64,000 nt of DNA from Magnetococcales bacterium DC0425bin3. Lineage in GTDB: Bacteria > Pseudomonadota > Magnetococcia > Magnetococcales > DC0425bin3. The DNA lies in NCBI GenBank assembly GCA_002753665.1, contig PEAP01000007.1, positions 529 through 64,528 on the forward strand, in the 5' to 3' direction. The translations under genes and the position numbers were made by a program. Positions 46,469 to 54,986 of the stretch are shown here, piece by piece. Position 1 is the first letter of the stretch, and each line of letters opens with the position of its first letter. The notes below the pieces were generated by a model, which was not told the origin of the DNA, ran no database searches, and was given only the letters and a program-made list of their open reading frames with translations.

Positions 46469-47317
46469 TTACCCGGTCGAATTTTCCTCCGGCAGATGCA
46501 ACAAATCCTTGGCGGGGCTTTTCAGTCCCGCGGCGCGAATCTTTTCCAACATCCGGGGATGGAGGCCGGGTCCCGCCGCCACCACGTCCCCGGATTCAAG
46601 GAATCCGTTACCCCCGTTGAAATCGCTGACGAAGCCTCCCGCCTCTCGGACCAGCAGAATCCCGGCGGCGATATCCCAGACGCACAGATTCATTTCCCAG
46701 AAACCGTCGAATCGCCCGGCGGCGGTGTAGGCCAGGTCCAACGCCGCGCTGCCTGCCCGGCGCACGCCCGGTCCCGAAGACAGCAGCAGGGGGCCGAAGC
46801 TTTTCAGATAAGCCTGACGCAAACCCCGTTCCCGAACCGGAAAGCCGGTGGCCAGGAAGGCATCGGCCAGGTGGGGAATGTTGGTGACCCGGATGCGGTG
46901 GCCGTTGAAAAAGGCGCCGGCCCCTTTCTCTGCCGTGAACAGTTCATCCTGGACGGGATTGTAGACCAGCCCGGCCAGTACCTGGTCGTCTTCCGCCAGG
47001 GCGATGGAAATGGCGAAGTGGGGCAACCCTCGCAGGAAGTTGGTGGTGCCGTCGATGGGGTCGATGATCCAGTGATGTCCCGTGGGCCGTCGGGCGGGGT
47101 CGGCGCTCTCTTCCGCCAGGACTCCGTATTGGGGATAGCCCTTGCGCAGGTGATAGAGGATTTCCCGTTCCACCCGGGTGTCGGCCTCGGAGACGAAGTC
47201 GTGGGCCGCCTTTTCCCGTACCTGGAGCTGTTCCCGGCGGTCGAAGTAACGCAAGGCCAAGGCTCCGGCCTTGCGGGCGGCCCGGACGGCAAGATTCATG
47301 ACGGGGGAATGAAGCAT
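46469..47317 (-). CDS. suhB: inositol monophosphatase family protein (SuhB-like)
   Basis: MLHSPVMNLAVRAARKAG.., EESA, WIIDPIDGTTNF, and WDIAAG motifs. Confidence 0.88.
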   Translation of the reverse strand: MLHSPVMNLAVRAARKAGALALRYFDRREQLQVREKAAHDFVSEADTRVEREILYHLRKGYPQYGVLAEESADPARRPTGHHWIIDPIDGTTNFLRGLPHFAISIALAEDDQVLAGLVYNPVQDELFTAEKGAGAFFNGHRIRVTNIPHLADAFLATGFPVRERGLRQAYLKSFGPLLLSSGPGVRRAGSAALDLAYTAAGRFDGFWEMNLCVWDIAAGILLVREAGGFVSDFNGGNGFLESGDVVAAGPGLHPRMLEKIRAAGLKSPAKDLLHLPEENSTG

Positions 47318-47505
47318 GGGGTGGCTGCGACCGGGGCAATGGAGAAAGGGGGGGAGCTGACGACAAAAAACTAACATGGGCTGGGGGGGAACGTCACCGG
47401 CACCGGGAATAATTGTGTCCATGGCCGAACCAGGTGGGGGAAAAGTTTGCCCATCCGGGAACAGTAATTATGTTCAACTGTTTGATATAACACAAATAAA
47501 TGTTA

Positions 47506-47521
47506 TGGCACAAATAATGCT
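47506..47521 (+). promoter_or_regulatory. sigma54 (-24/-12) promoter candidate for flgK-flgL-fliW
   Basis: TGGCAC-AAATA-ATGCT matches TGGCAC-N5-TTGCW with correct GG-N10-GC spacing. It sits in the only AT-rich island of the region, ~145 nt upstream of the flgK ATG. Confidence 0.6.
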
Positions 47522-47665
47522 GACCATGAAACAGGCCGTAACTTCGCGGGTCTCTTCCGAAAAATCGGTGGGAGGCAAAACGGACTTACGGATGGCATGA
47601 GAAGTGCATATCGGCTCTGCGGCAGGAAGCATCATCGGGCCCATCGCGTTCAGAAAGACAGGCAA

Positions 47666-49435
47666 ATGTCGATTACCAACCTTCTGTACAGTTCCAAGCT
47701 GGGGCTGTTTGCCAATCAGTCGGCGCTGAACGCGGTGTCCCACAACATCGCCAACGTCAACACCCCCGGCTATTCCCGGCAGACGGTCTCCCTGGAGGCC
47801 AATCCCGGCGCGGCAGCCATCCCGGGTCGCAGCGGCGAAGGGGTGCTGGTGGCGGATCTGAAGCGCCAGGTGGATGCGCTGGTGGACAAGCGGTTGCGGC
47901 TGGGGATGGAGGAATCCGGACGGTTGGAATCACGGGATCGTTTCCTGGGCCTGATGGAGGATGTGTTCAACGATCTGGACGGCGAGGGCTTTTCCTCGCG
48001 GATGGAGTCCTTTTTTCAGTCGGTGGATGCGGCGGCGGACAATCCGATCAACCCGGTGGCCCGGGCCCAGGTGGTGGCCAGCGCCGAGGACCTTTCCCTG
48101 TTCGCGACCAAGATGCAGACCTCCCTGGAGGAACTGGCGCTGCCGGTGGACCAGGAAGTGACCAACATGCTCGACCAGATCAACAGCACCCTGGGCAACC
48201 TGGAGGAGATCAACGGCCAGATCGTCGCGGCGCTCGCCGCCGGCGGCCAGCCGCTGGATCTCCAGGATCAGCGGCAGCAGTTGGTCCAGAACCTGAGCCG
48301 GATGCTGGACGTGCAGGTTCTCGATGGCGGCAACGGCGGCATCAGTGTTCTCTCCGGGTCCGGACAACTGCTGCTGGATCAGTCCTTTCGGGCGGTTTTT
48401 TCCCGCAGCGAGGGCACTACCACGGCTGCCGGTTTTCAGGGCATCGCCATCAATGGCGAGGCGTTCGACTACACCGACCTGGTCCATGGTGGTTCTCTGA
48501 AGGGGCTGCTGGAAATCCGGGATCAGACGATCCACGGGGAGAACGGTTATCTCACCCGTCTGGAATCCTTGGTGGACGAGATCCGCTTCCAGACCAACCT
48601 GGCCCATGTCACGGCGGTGCCCCAGAACATGCTCCAAGAGCTGACCGGGGTGATGAATCTGGGCAACGATTTGACCACGGTCATGGGATCCCTGGTGACC
48701 GATCCGACCAGCAGTGACTACCTGGATTCTCCCACGGACCTGGGACGGACCGAGATCCAGGCCGGCACCATCACCTTTGCCCGGGGCAGCGATTCGGACA
48801 ATTTGACCACCGTGACCGTGACGGTGGATCCCGCCACTCAGAGCCTCACCGACCTGGTGACCGCCATTGGGACGGCCACCGGCATGAGCGCCGAGATCAC
48901 TGCCAACAATCGGTTGCGGGTCTATACCACCGACGGCACGGAAGTGTTCGGAGTGGTTTCCGATACCAGCAACGTACTGGCGGCCCTGGGGGTGGGCGCG
49001 CTGTTTGGCGGCAACGGCGCCCGGGACATGACGGTCAACCAGGACCTGCTGGCCGATACCAACCGGCTGGGCATCTCCCGGGTGGACGTCTCCAGTGGAA
49101 CGCCGGTGTTTGACGATGCCTCCAATGCCGGCATCCTGGCCCTGGGGGCATTGCGTTCCACCAAGTTCACCATCGGCGGCAACATGCTGACCTTCAGCTC
49201 CCACTACGCCGACATCGCCGGCGACCTGGGGGTGGCCCGGGCGCAGAACGAGGAATCCATGGCGGCCCAGGAATCGTCCGCGGCCTTTCTTCAGGATGTC
49301 CGGGATTCCATCTCGGGGGTTTCCCTGGAGGAGGAGCTGACCGACCTGGTGAAGTTTCAACGGGCCTTCCAGGCCTCCAGCCGGATGGTTTCGGTGGCCG
49401 ACGAGCTGCTGGAAACGATCATCGGCATGATCTAG
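47666..49435 (+). CDS. flgK: flagellar hook-associated protein 1
   Basis: MSITNLLYSSKLGLFANQSALNAVSHNIANVNTPGYSRQ N-terminus. C-terminus EELTDLVKFQRAFQASSRMVSVADELLETII. Confidence 0.92.
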   Translation: MSITNLLYSSKLGLFANQSALNAVSHNIANVNTPGYSRQTVSLEANPGAAAIPGRSGEGVLVADLKRQVDALVDKRLRLGMEESGRLESRDRFLGLMEDVFNDLDGEGFSSRMESFFQSVDAAADNPINPVARAQVVASAEDLSLFATKMQTSLEELALPVDQEVTNMLDQINSTLGNLEEINGQIVAALAAGGQPLDLQDQRQQLVQNLSRMLDVQVLDGGNGGISVLSGSGQLLLDQSFRAVFSRSEGTTTAAGFQGIAINGEAFDYTDLVHGGSLKGLLEIRDQTIHGENGYLTRLESLVDEIRFQTNLAHVTAVPQNMLQELTGVMNLGNDLTTVMGSLVTDPTSSDYLDSPTDLGRTEIQAGTITFARGSDSDNLTTVTVTVDPATQSLTDLVTAIGTATGMSAEITANNRLRVYTTDGTEVFGVVSDTSNVLAALGVGALFGGNGARDMTVNQDLLADTNRLGISRVDVSSGTPVFDDASNAGILALGALRSTKFTIGGNMLTFSSHYADIAGDLGVARAQNEESMAAQESSAAFLQDVRDSISGVSLEEELTDLVKFQRAFQASSRMVSVADELLETIIGMI

Positions 49436-49453
49436 GCCTACAGGGGATCACCC

Positions 49454-50668
49454 ATGCGCGTTACGCAATCCATGATGTACCGGGCCACCGCCACCTCCCT
49501 GCAGGCGCAGTACCAGGAGGTGGCCAAGGTCCAGGAGCAGTCCAACAGCGGGCAGAGGGTCAATACCCTCTCCGAGGACCCGGCGGCGGCCTACCGGAAC
49601 ATGCTGCTCTCTTCGGAACTCTCCAGCGTGGAGAGCCTGAAGCGGACCACCGACATCGCGGTGGAACGGTTCATCATGGCCGAGGACAGCATCCAGGTGA
49701 TGCATGACAAGTTCCTGGATGCCCAGGATCTGATCCTGAAGATGGGCACCAGCCTGCAGCAGGGACTGCCCGAGGTGATGAAAGCGGCCTCCCGGGAGGT
49801 GTTGGCCCAGTACGAGGACGTGATGCGGTATGCCAATGCGGAACTGGATGGCGTTCCCATATTCAGCGGCGGCAAGACTCGCAATCCTTTCAATGGAAAA
49901 GATTTTTTGGCCACGAGCGTCCGGATGCGCTCCGGAGATGAAGGCGGATTTCTGGCCACGACGGAGGGAGATTACACCGCGGCGGTGACCGGCGTTCCCG
50001 ACCAGGTTCCCCTGGGGGTCAAGATCACCTATCGCACCACCGATTCCGACGGCACGGCCCTGGCCACCGCCCAGTACGAGGTGAACGTCAACGGCGACAG
50101 CACCACGGTGGATGCCACCGGCACCCCCCAAACCATTACCGTGGCCACGGGGGTGGAGTTCACCGTCAATGCCTCTGCCACGCCTGGCGACGGGGATGCC
50201 TTCTACTTCGAGGTGGTGCCGTCCTACCAGGGCGGAGAGGCGGACCGGCTGGTGAAGGTTTCCGACACCCGCAATCTGGCCGGCAATGTCACCGGCGCGG
50301 AGTTGATCGAGGGGAAAAATCCTCCCGGACGAGGCGTCAACTTGCTGGCAGCGCTGGCCGGGCTGCGGGGGGCGCTGATGCGGTCGGACAGCGAGGAGGT
50401 CAATGCTTGGCTGGGAACGGTTCAAGAGGGACGGGCCCAGGCATCGGACTTGCAGGCGATCACCGGCATCCGGGCGGTTCAGGCTGAATCGATCCGCAGC
50501 ACGTTGGAGGATGATCAACTGACTTTGGAAAACACCAAGGCCAAAAACATCGAGGCGGATGTGTTTGATGTCCTGAGCCGTTTGGAGCAGGCGACACAGG
50601 CCTTGCAGGTCATGACAGTCAGTGAGCGGCAGGTACTCAACACCTCCCTGCTCGATTTCATTCGGTAG
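49454..50668 (+). CDS. flgL: flagellar hook-associated protein 3
   Basis: MRVTQSMMY.....LQ......AKVQEQ.SSGQRVN.LSEDPAAA. Flagellin-like termini. Follows flgK. Confidence 0.88.
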   Translation: MRVTQSMMYRATATSLQAQYQEVAKVQEQSNSGQRVNTLSEDPAAAYRNMLLSSELSSVESLKRTTDIAVERFIMAEDSIQVMHDKFLDAQDLILKMGTSLQQGLPEVMKAASREVLAQYEDVMRYANAELDGVPIFSGGKTRNPFNGKDFLATSVRMRSGDEGGFLATTEGDYTAAVTGVPDQVPLGVKITYRTTDSDGTALATAQYEVNVNGDSTTVDATGTPQTITVATGVEFTVNASATPGDGDAFYFEVVPSYQGGEADRLVKVSDTRNLAGNVTGAELIEGKNPPGRGVNLLAALAGLRGALMRSDSEEVNAWLGTVQEGRAQASDLQAITGIRAVQAESIRSTLEDDQLTLENTKAKNIEADVFDVLSRLEQATQALQVMTVSERQVLNTSLLDFIR

Positions 50669-50694
50669 GGTCAAGGCAGGACGGAGAACAGGTT

Positions 50695-51189
50695 ATGGAA
50701 CTTCAGGGAACGCGCTTTGGAACGTTGGAATTCGATGGCGAGGAGATCATCACCTTGAACGAGGGGTTGCTGGGGTTTCCGCTTTCCAAGCGGTTTCTCC
50801 TGTTTCCCTACGGGGATGATTCCTCCTTCTTTTGGCTGCAATCGGTGGACGAGCCGGAGATCGCCTTCATCGTGGTCAACCCGTTCGATTTCTTCTCGGA
50901 CCTGGAATTCGCCGTGCAGGACACGGATGCCGACGCCATCGGCCTGGTTCGGGGGGAGGATGTGGAGATCTTCAGTCTGGTGACCATCCCCGAGGGGCGT
51001 CCCGAGGAGATGCGCACCAACCTGGCCGGCCCGGTGGTGGTCAACGTGGCCAACCGCCAGGGCAAGCAGATCCTGATCAAGGACTACTCGCCCCGCCAGG
51101 CGCTGATCCCCGAGGAAATTCGGCAGAATTTTCGGCAGCAGCTGGGCAGCCAGCAGCCGACCAGGAAGCGGGCGGTGGGTGGCGGTTGA
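50695..51189 (+). CDS. fliW: flagellar assembly factor FliW
   Basis: MELQGTRFGTLEFDGEEIITLNEGLLGFP..KRFLLFP.......FFWLQSVDEPEIAFIVVNPF..F.DLEF is the typical FliW fold sequence. Carries a ~20-aa basic C-terminal tail. Confidence 0.88.
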   Translation: MELQGTRFGTLEFDGEEIITLNEGLLGFPLSKRFLLFPYGDDSSFFWLQSVDEPEIAFIVVNPFDFFSDLEFAVQDTDADAIGLVRGEDVEIFSLVTIPEGRPEEMRTNLAGPVVVNVANRQGKQILIKDYSPRQALIPEEIRQNFRQQLGSQQPTRKRAVGGG

Positions 51190-51245
51190 GCAGGGGGGGA
51201 ACGGCCCGGGACGGGTCGGATCTCCATGAGGCCGCCACGGCGGTC

Positions 51246-51300
51246 GAAGGGCTGGGGTTGGCCCTTTCAAGCGAGCAACCCACGCCGATCAGGGATGACA
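51246..51300 (+). promoter_or_regulatory. flagellin-associated conserved box, copy G (contains a sigma28-like -10)
   Basis: AAGGGC-TGGGGTTG-GCCCTT hairpin, then TCAAGCGAGCAACCCACGCCGATCAGGGATGA. GCCGATCA at 51284-51291. CAGGGAUG (51290-51297) matches the CsrA SELEX core CARGGAUG. Confidence 0.7.
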
Positions 51301-51349
51301 ACGGACCGATAGCACGACAGTGCCGTCATGATAGAAAGAGGATGAAATC

Positions 51350-52168
51350 ATGCCGCTTTACATCAATACCAACGTCGCTTCATTGAATGCGCAACGCAAT
51401 TTGATGAAGTCCACCAACTCGCTGGGCCGCACTTTTGCCCGCTTGGCTTCCGGCATGCGCATCAATTCCGCCCGGGACGATGCGGCGGGACTGGCCATTA
51501 CCCAGCGCATGACCGCCCAGGTGCGGGGCCTGAATCAGGCCATCCGCAATGCCAACGATGGCATCTCTCTGGCCCAGGTGGCCGAAGGCGCCCTGGACGA
51601 AACCTCCAACGCCCTGCAACGGATCCGGGAGCTGGCGGTGCAGTCGGCCAACTCCACCTACAACAGCGCGGACCGCGAGGACCTGAACAAGGAGGTCATC
51701 CAGCTCCTGTCGGAAATTCAGCGGATTTCCCAGCACACCGAGTTCAACAAGATGACCCTGCTCGGTGGCAGCTACCGGGGGCAGCAGTTCCAGGTGGGGG
51801 CCTTTTCCGGCCAGACCATCACCGTCAGCATCTTTGGCGCCTCCCGGGGGGCACTGGGGATTTCCACCATCACCCTGTCCACCACCGCCGGGGCCAACTC
51901 GGCCCTGCGCCTGGTGGACAATGCCCTGGACAGCATTGCCGATATCCGCGCCAACCTGGGTGCGATCCAGAGCCGTTTCGAGGCGGTGGTCGGCAACCTC
52001 TCCAATATTGTGGAGAACATGTCCGCCGCCCGGTCCCGGATCCAGGACACCGATGTCGCCGCCGAGACCGCCACCCTGACCCGCAACGCCATCTTGCAGC
52101 AGGCGGGCACCGCGGTACTGGCCCAGGCCAACCAGCAGCCGCAGTTGGCACTCCAGTTGCTTGGCTAG
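51350..52168 (+). CDS. fliC: flagellin 7 (272 aa), close paralog of flagellin 1
   Basis: [36 protein letters not shown]...[16 protein letters not shown]. Long DNA stretches are identical to flagellin 1. Confidence 0.95.
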   Translation: MPLYINTNVASLNAQRNLMKSTNSLGRTFARLASGMRINSARDDAAGLAITQRMTAQVRGLNQAIRNANDGISLAQVAEGALDETSNALQRIRELAVQSANSTYNSADREDLNKEVIQLLSEIQRISQHTEFNKMTLLGGSYRGQQFQVGAFSGQTITVSIFGASRGALGISTITLSTTAGANSALRLVDNALDSIADIRANLGAIQSRFEAVVGNLSNIVENMSAARSRIQDTDVAAETATLTRNAILQQAGTAVLAQANQQPQLALQLLG

Positions 52169-52200
52169 TCTTTCGATGGGAAGGCGTGCGGGGATATCGC

Positions 52201-52221
52201 GCCACGTTGTGCGAACGTGGC
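52201..52221 (+). terminator. 8-bp hairpin after flagellin 7
   Basis: GCCACGTT-GTGCG-AACGTGGC, 33 nt after the stop. No U-tract. Confidence 0.4.
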
Positions 52222-52249
52222 CTGATGGCAACCCAGTGAGGGCACTCCC

Positions 52250-52555
52250 ATGATCGAAGCCGTCAATGCCGGATCCAGTGAGAGATTTTCCGGAACGCCG
52301 TGGGCAGCCACGGCGTCCGTTGCCAGCCCCCGGCCGGATGGCGTCCAGACGGATGCCATCCGCCGGCTGGGCTTCAATGGGGAAAAATCTGCCCGGATGA
52401 CGGCACCGCAGTTCCAACTGGATCAGGAATCGCACAAGTTGATCGTGCGGGTGGTCGATAAGAATACCGAGGAGGTGGTTCGTCAGTTCCCCAGTGAGGA
52501 AATGGTGGCCATGGCCCGGCGGATGCGAGCCTTGAGCGGGGAACTGTACGGGTAG
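52250..52555 (+). CDS. flaG: FlaG-family flagellar protein
   Basis: 101 aa. The C-terminal half FQLDQESHKLIVRVVDKNTEEVVRQFPSEE is the FlaG signature. Sits between flagellin and fliD. Confidence 0.8.
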   Translation: MIEAVNAGSSERFSGTPWAATASVASPRPDGVQTDAIRRLGFNGEKSARMTAPQFQLDQESHKLIVRVVDKNTEEVVRQFPSEEMVAMARRMRALSGELYG

Positions 52556-52588
52556 GGATTCCCGGCACAAGCGTGCGAGGAGGCAGTC

Positions 52589-54022
52589 ATGGCGCTCGGC
52601 AGCATAACATTCGGTGGCTTGGCCAGCGGTTTGCCGTCGGACATCGTCGAACAGCTGATGCAGGCCGAACAGACCCGTCTGACCGGGATGGCACGGCAGA
52701 AATCGGTCTACGACAATCAGCGCAGTTCGATCTCGGAGCTGAAGACCAAGCTGTTGGCCCTGGAGAGCAAGTCCGAGGATCTGCAGGACGCCGCCAATTT
52801 CCGTCCCCACTATGGGGAGAGTTCCGATACCGACGTGCTGACGGTGACCACGGACAGCGACGCCCTGGCGGCTTCCCACACAGTGGTCGTGAACCAGTTG
52901 GCCACCCATGCCACTTTTGTTTCGGGGACCGGACTGACCGATAGTACCGCCACCCTGGATGCAGCGGAGACCATCAATTTTACCTATAACGGCACCGCCT
53001 ACAACGTAGCCCTGGCCGCGGGATCCACCTTGACGGACATTGCCCAGACCATCACCTATACCGATTACGGCGACGATGCCGGCGAGGGGGTGGTGGCCAG
53101 CGTCCTCTACGACGGCACCAACTATCGGTTGATGCTGCGGGCCAAGGACAGCGGCGATAACGCTGGTGCCGAGCGGATCACGTTGGATGCCTTCACCAAC
53201 GGGGACTGGTCGTTCGGGGGCGGGGCCCATACCGTCACCGAGGCGGGATTTGCCCAGACCATCACCGGTCAGGACGCCTCGTTGACCGTGGACGGTATCG
53301 CGGTGACCAGCACCAGCAACGCGGTCAGCGACGCCATCACCGGCGTGACCCTGAACTTGAAGAACACCGGCAACGTCACCGCCGCCATTTACAACGATAC
53401 CGACACGTTGAAGGAGACGTTGAATTCGTTCATCGAGTCCTACAACGATGTGGTCAGTTACATCAATTCCGCCACCACCAAGGGCGGCACCCTGGAGCGG
53501 GAGGGGGCTCTGGGACGCAGCATCATTTCCCAGTTGCGGACGGAACTGAATACCTCCACCAACAATGTGTCCACGTCCGGCTTCCCGACGTTGTCGCCTT
53601 TTTCCAGATTGGCGGAAATCGGCATTCAAACCAACGCCAAGGATGGCACCCTGTCGTTGGACGACGATGCATTTACGAATGCTGTATCAAATGATTTCAA
53701 TGTGATTGCTGATGTTTTTACGGCCACCCCCAGCGCGGCCAACAAAACGGCCTTTGCGACTGCGGGCGGCAATGAGGGAATTTCTCATCGGTTGGCGGAC
53801 CTGATCGACGACCTGACCTCCAGCACCGGCAGCACCTTTTCCGGGAAGCTGACCGGGCTCGACTCCCGCATCAGCCTGATGGAGGACCGCATCGAGCGGG
53901 AGGAGATCCGTCTGGAGAAGGTTCGGGAGCGGTTGACGCTGAAGTTCGCCAATCTGGAACAGATGGTCAATTCGCTCAACAGCTCCGGCAGCTCATTGAC
54001 CCAGGCCTTGGCCAAGCTGTAG
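52589..54022 (+). CDS. fliD: flagellar filament cap protein FliD
   Basis: MALGSITFGGLASGLPSDIVEQLMQAEQ..L N-terminus. C-terminal coiled coil ..RLTLKFANLEQMVNSLNSSGSSL. Confidence 0.92.
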   Translation: MALGSITFGGLASGLPSDIVEQLMQAEQTRLTGMARQKSVYDNQRSSISELKTKLLALESKSEDLQDAANFRPHYGESSDTDVLTVTTDSDALAASHTVVVNQLATHATFVSGTGLTDSTATLDAAETINFTYNGTAYNVALAAGSTLTDIAQTITYTDYGDDAGEGVVASVLYDGTNYRLMLRAKDSGDNAGAERITLDAFTNGDWSFGGGAHTVTEAGFAQTITGQDASLTVDGIAVTSTSNAVSDAITGVTLNLKNTGNVTAAIYNDTDTLKETLNSFIESYNDVVSYINSATTKGGTLEREGALGRSIISQLRTELNTSTNNVSTSGFPTLSPFSRLAEIGIQTNAKDGTLSLDDDAFTNAVSNDFNVIADVFTATPSAANKTAFATAGGNEGISHRLADLIDDLTSSTGSTFSGKLTGLDSRISLMEDRIEREEIRLEKVRERLTLKFANLEQMVNSLNSSGSSLTQALAKL

Positions 54023-54161
54023 GCGCGATGGGTTGTTGATGCCGTATCGAAGTCAGCCCCCGGAAAGCCGCTGATGTGCCTTGCCGGGTCATAATCGAGA
54101 ACCAGGCCGAATGCCCCCCTCCCAGGGGCTTGGCCGAGAACCGAGGAATCGGGTGACAATC

Positions 54162-54551
54162 ATGCAAGCAGCCATGGAAAAAAGACCGCACCAATGGGAT
54201 GAGGCGGACGAAATCCTCAATATGACCCCGTTGGGTATGTTGATCCGGCTTTACGAGGGGGCCATCGATTTCCTGAGCCAGTCCGAACAGGCCTTGAAGG
54301 AGCAGCGGATCGATGCCTTCAAGGAGCGGCTGGAGCGCGGGGCCAGGATCATCCGGGAGTTCCAGCGGACCTTGAATTTCAAGACCGGGGGACAGGTCTC
54401 CGCCCAGTTGAACGACCTCTATACCTTCATGCTGGACAGTCTCAAGCAGGCGGAGCTGACCCATGAGCCTCTCTATATTCAGCGGGTCACCCGGCAACTG
54501 AACACCTTGCTGGATGGCTGGCGCGGGGCCCAGCCGTTGGTGGAAGCGTAA
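54162..54551 (+). CDS. fliS: flagellin-specific chaperone FliS (copy 1)
   Basis: 129 aa four-helix pattern: LGMLIRLYEGAIDFL.., R.ARIIREFQRTLNF..GG.VSAQLNDLY.FM. Confidence 0.88.
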   Translation: MQAAMEKRPHQWDEADEILNMTPLGMLIRLYEGAIDFLSQSEQALKEQRIDAFKERLERGARIIREFQRTLNFKTGGQVSAQLNDLYTFMLDSLKQAELTHEPLYIQRVTRQLNTLLDGWRGAQPLVEA

Positions 54552-54564
54552 GAGAAAGGCCGCC

Positions 54565-54981
54565 ATGTCCTACGGACTTCGCAGTTACAAGACCTCCCGG
54601 GCCAATACGTCGTCCCGGGAAGATCTGTTGATTCTTCTCTACGAAGGAGCCATCCGCTTTCTGGAGCGATCCATCGCCGAAAAGGAGGCCGGAAAACTGG
54701 CGGAACACAAGCAGTTCCTGCGCAAGGGCTTGGCCATCATCTCCGAGTTGCAGAGTACCCTGGACTTCGAGAAGGGCGGGGAAGTAGCCATACAGCTCTT
54801 CGAGCTGTATGGCTACATGATGGATCGCCTGACCCAGGCCAACCTGACCCAGAATGTCGGGTTCATCCGGGAGGTGGTCGAGCAGATGGGGATCCTTCTG
54901 GAGGGCTGGCGGGTGGCGGTCAAGCAGGTCAAGGAAGGGGAAGCCGCCGCGGCCGTTGGAACCCGGCCCAAGAGCCTTTGA
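54565..54981 (+). CDS. fliS: flagellin-specific chaperone FliS (copy 2, paralog)
   Basis: 138 aa: REDLLILLYEGAIRFL.., KGLAIISELQSTLDFEKGGEVAIQLFELYGYM. Lies immediately after copy 1. Confidence 0.85.
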   Translation: MSYGLRSYKTSRANTSSREDLLILLYEGAIRFLERSIAEKEAGKLAEHKQFLRKGLAIISELQSTLDFEKGGEVAIQLFELYGYMMDRLTQANLTQNVGFIREVVEQMGILLEGWRVAVKQVKEGEAAAAVGTRPKSL

Positions 54982-54986
54982 CAGCC

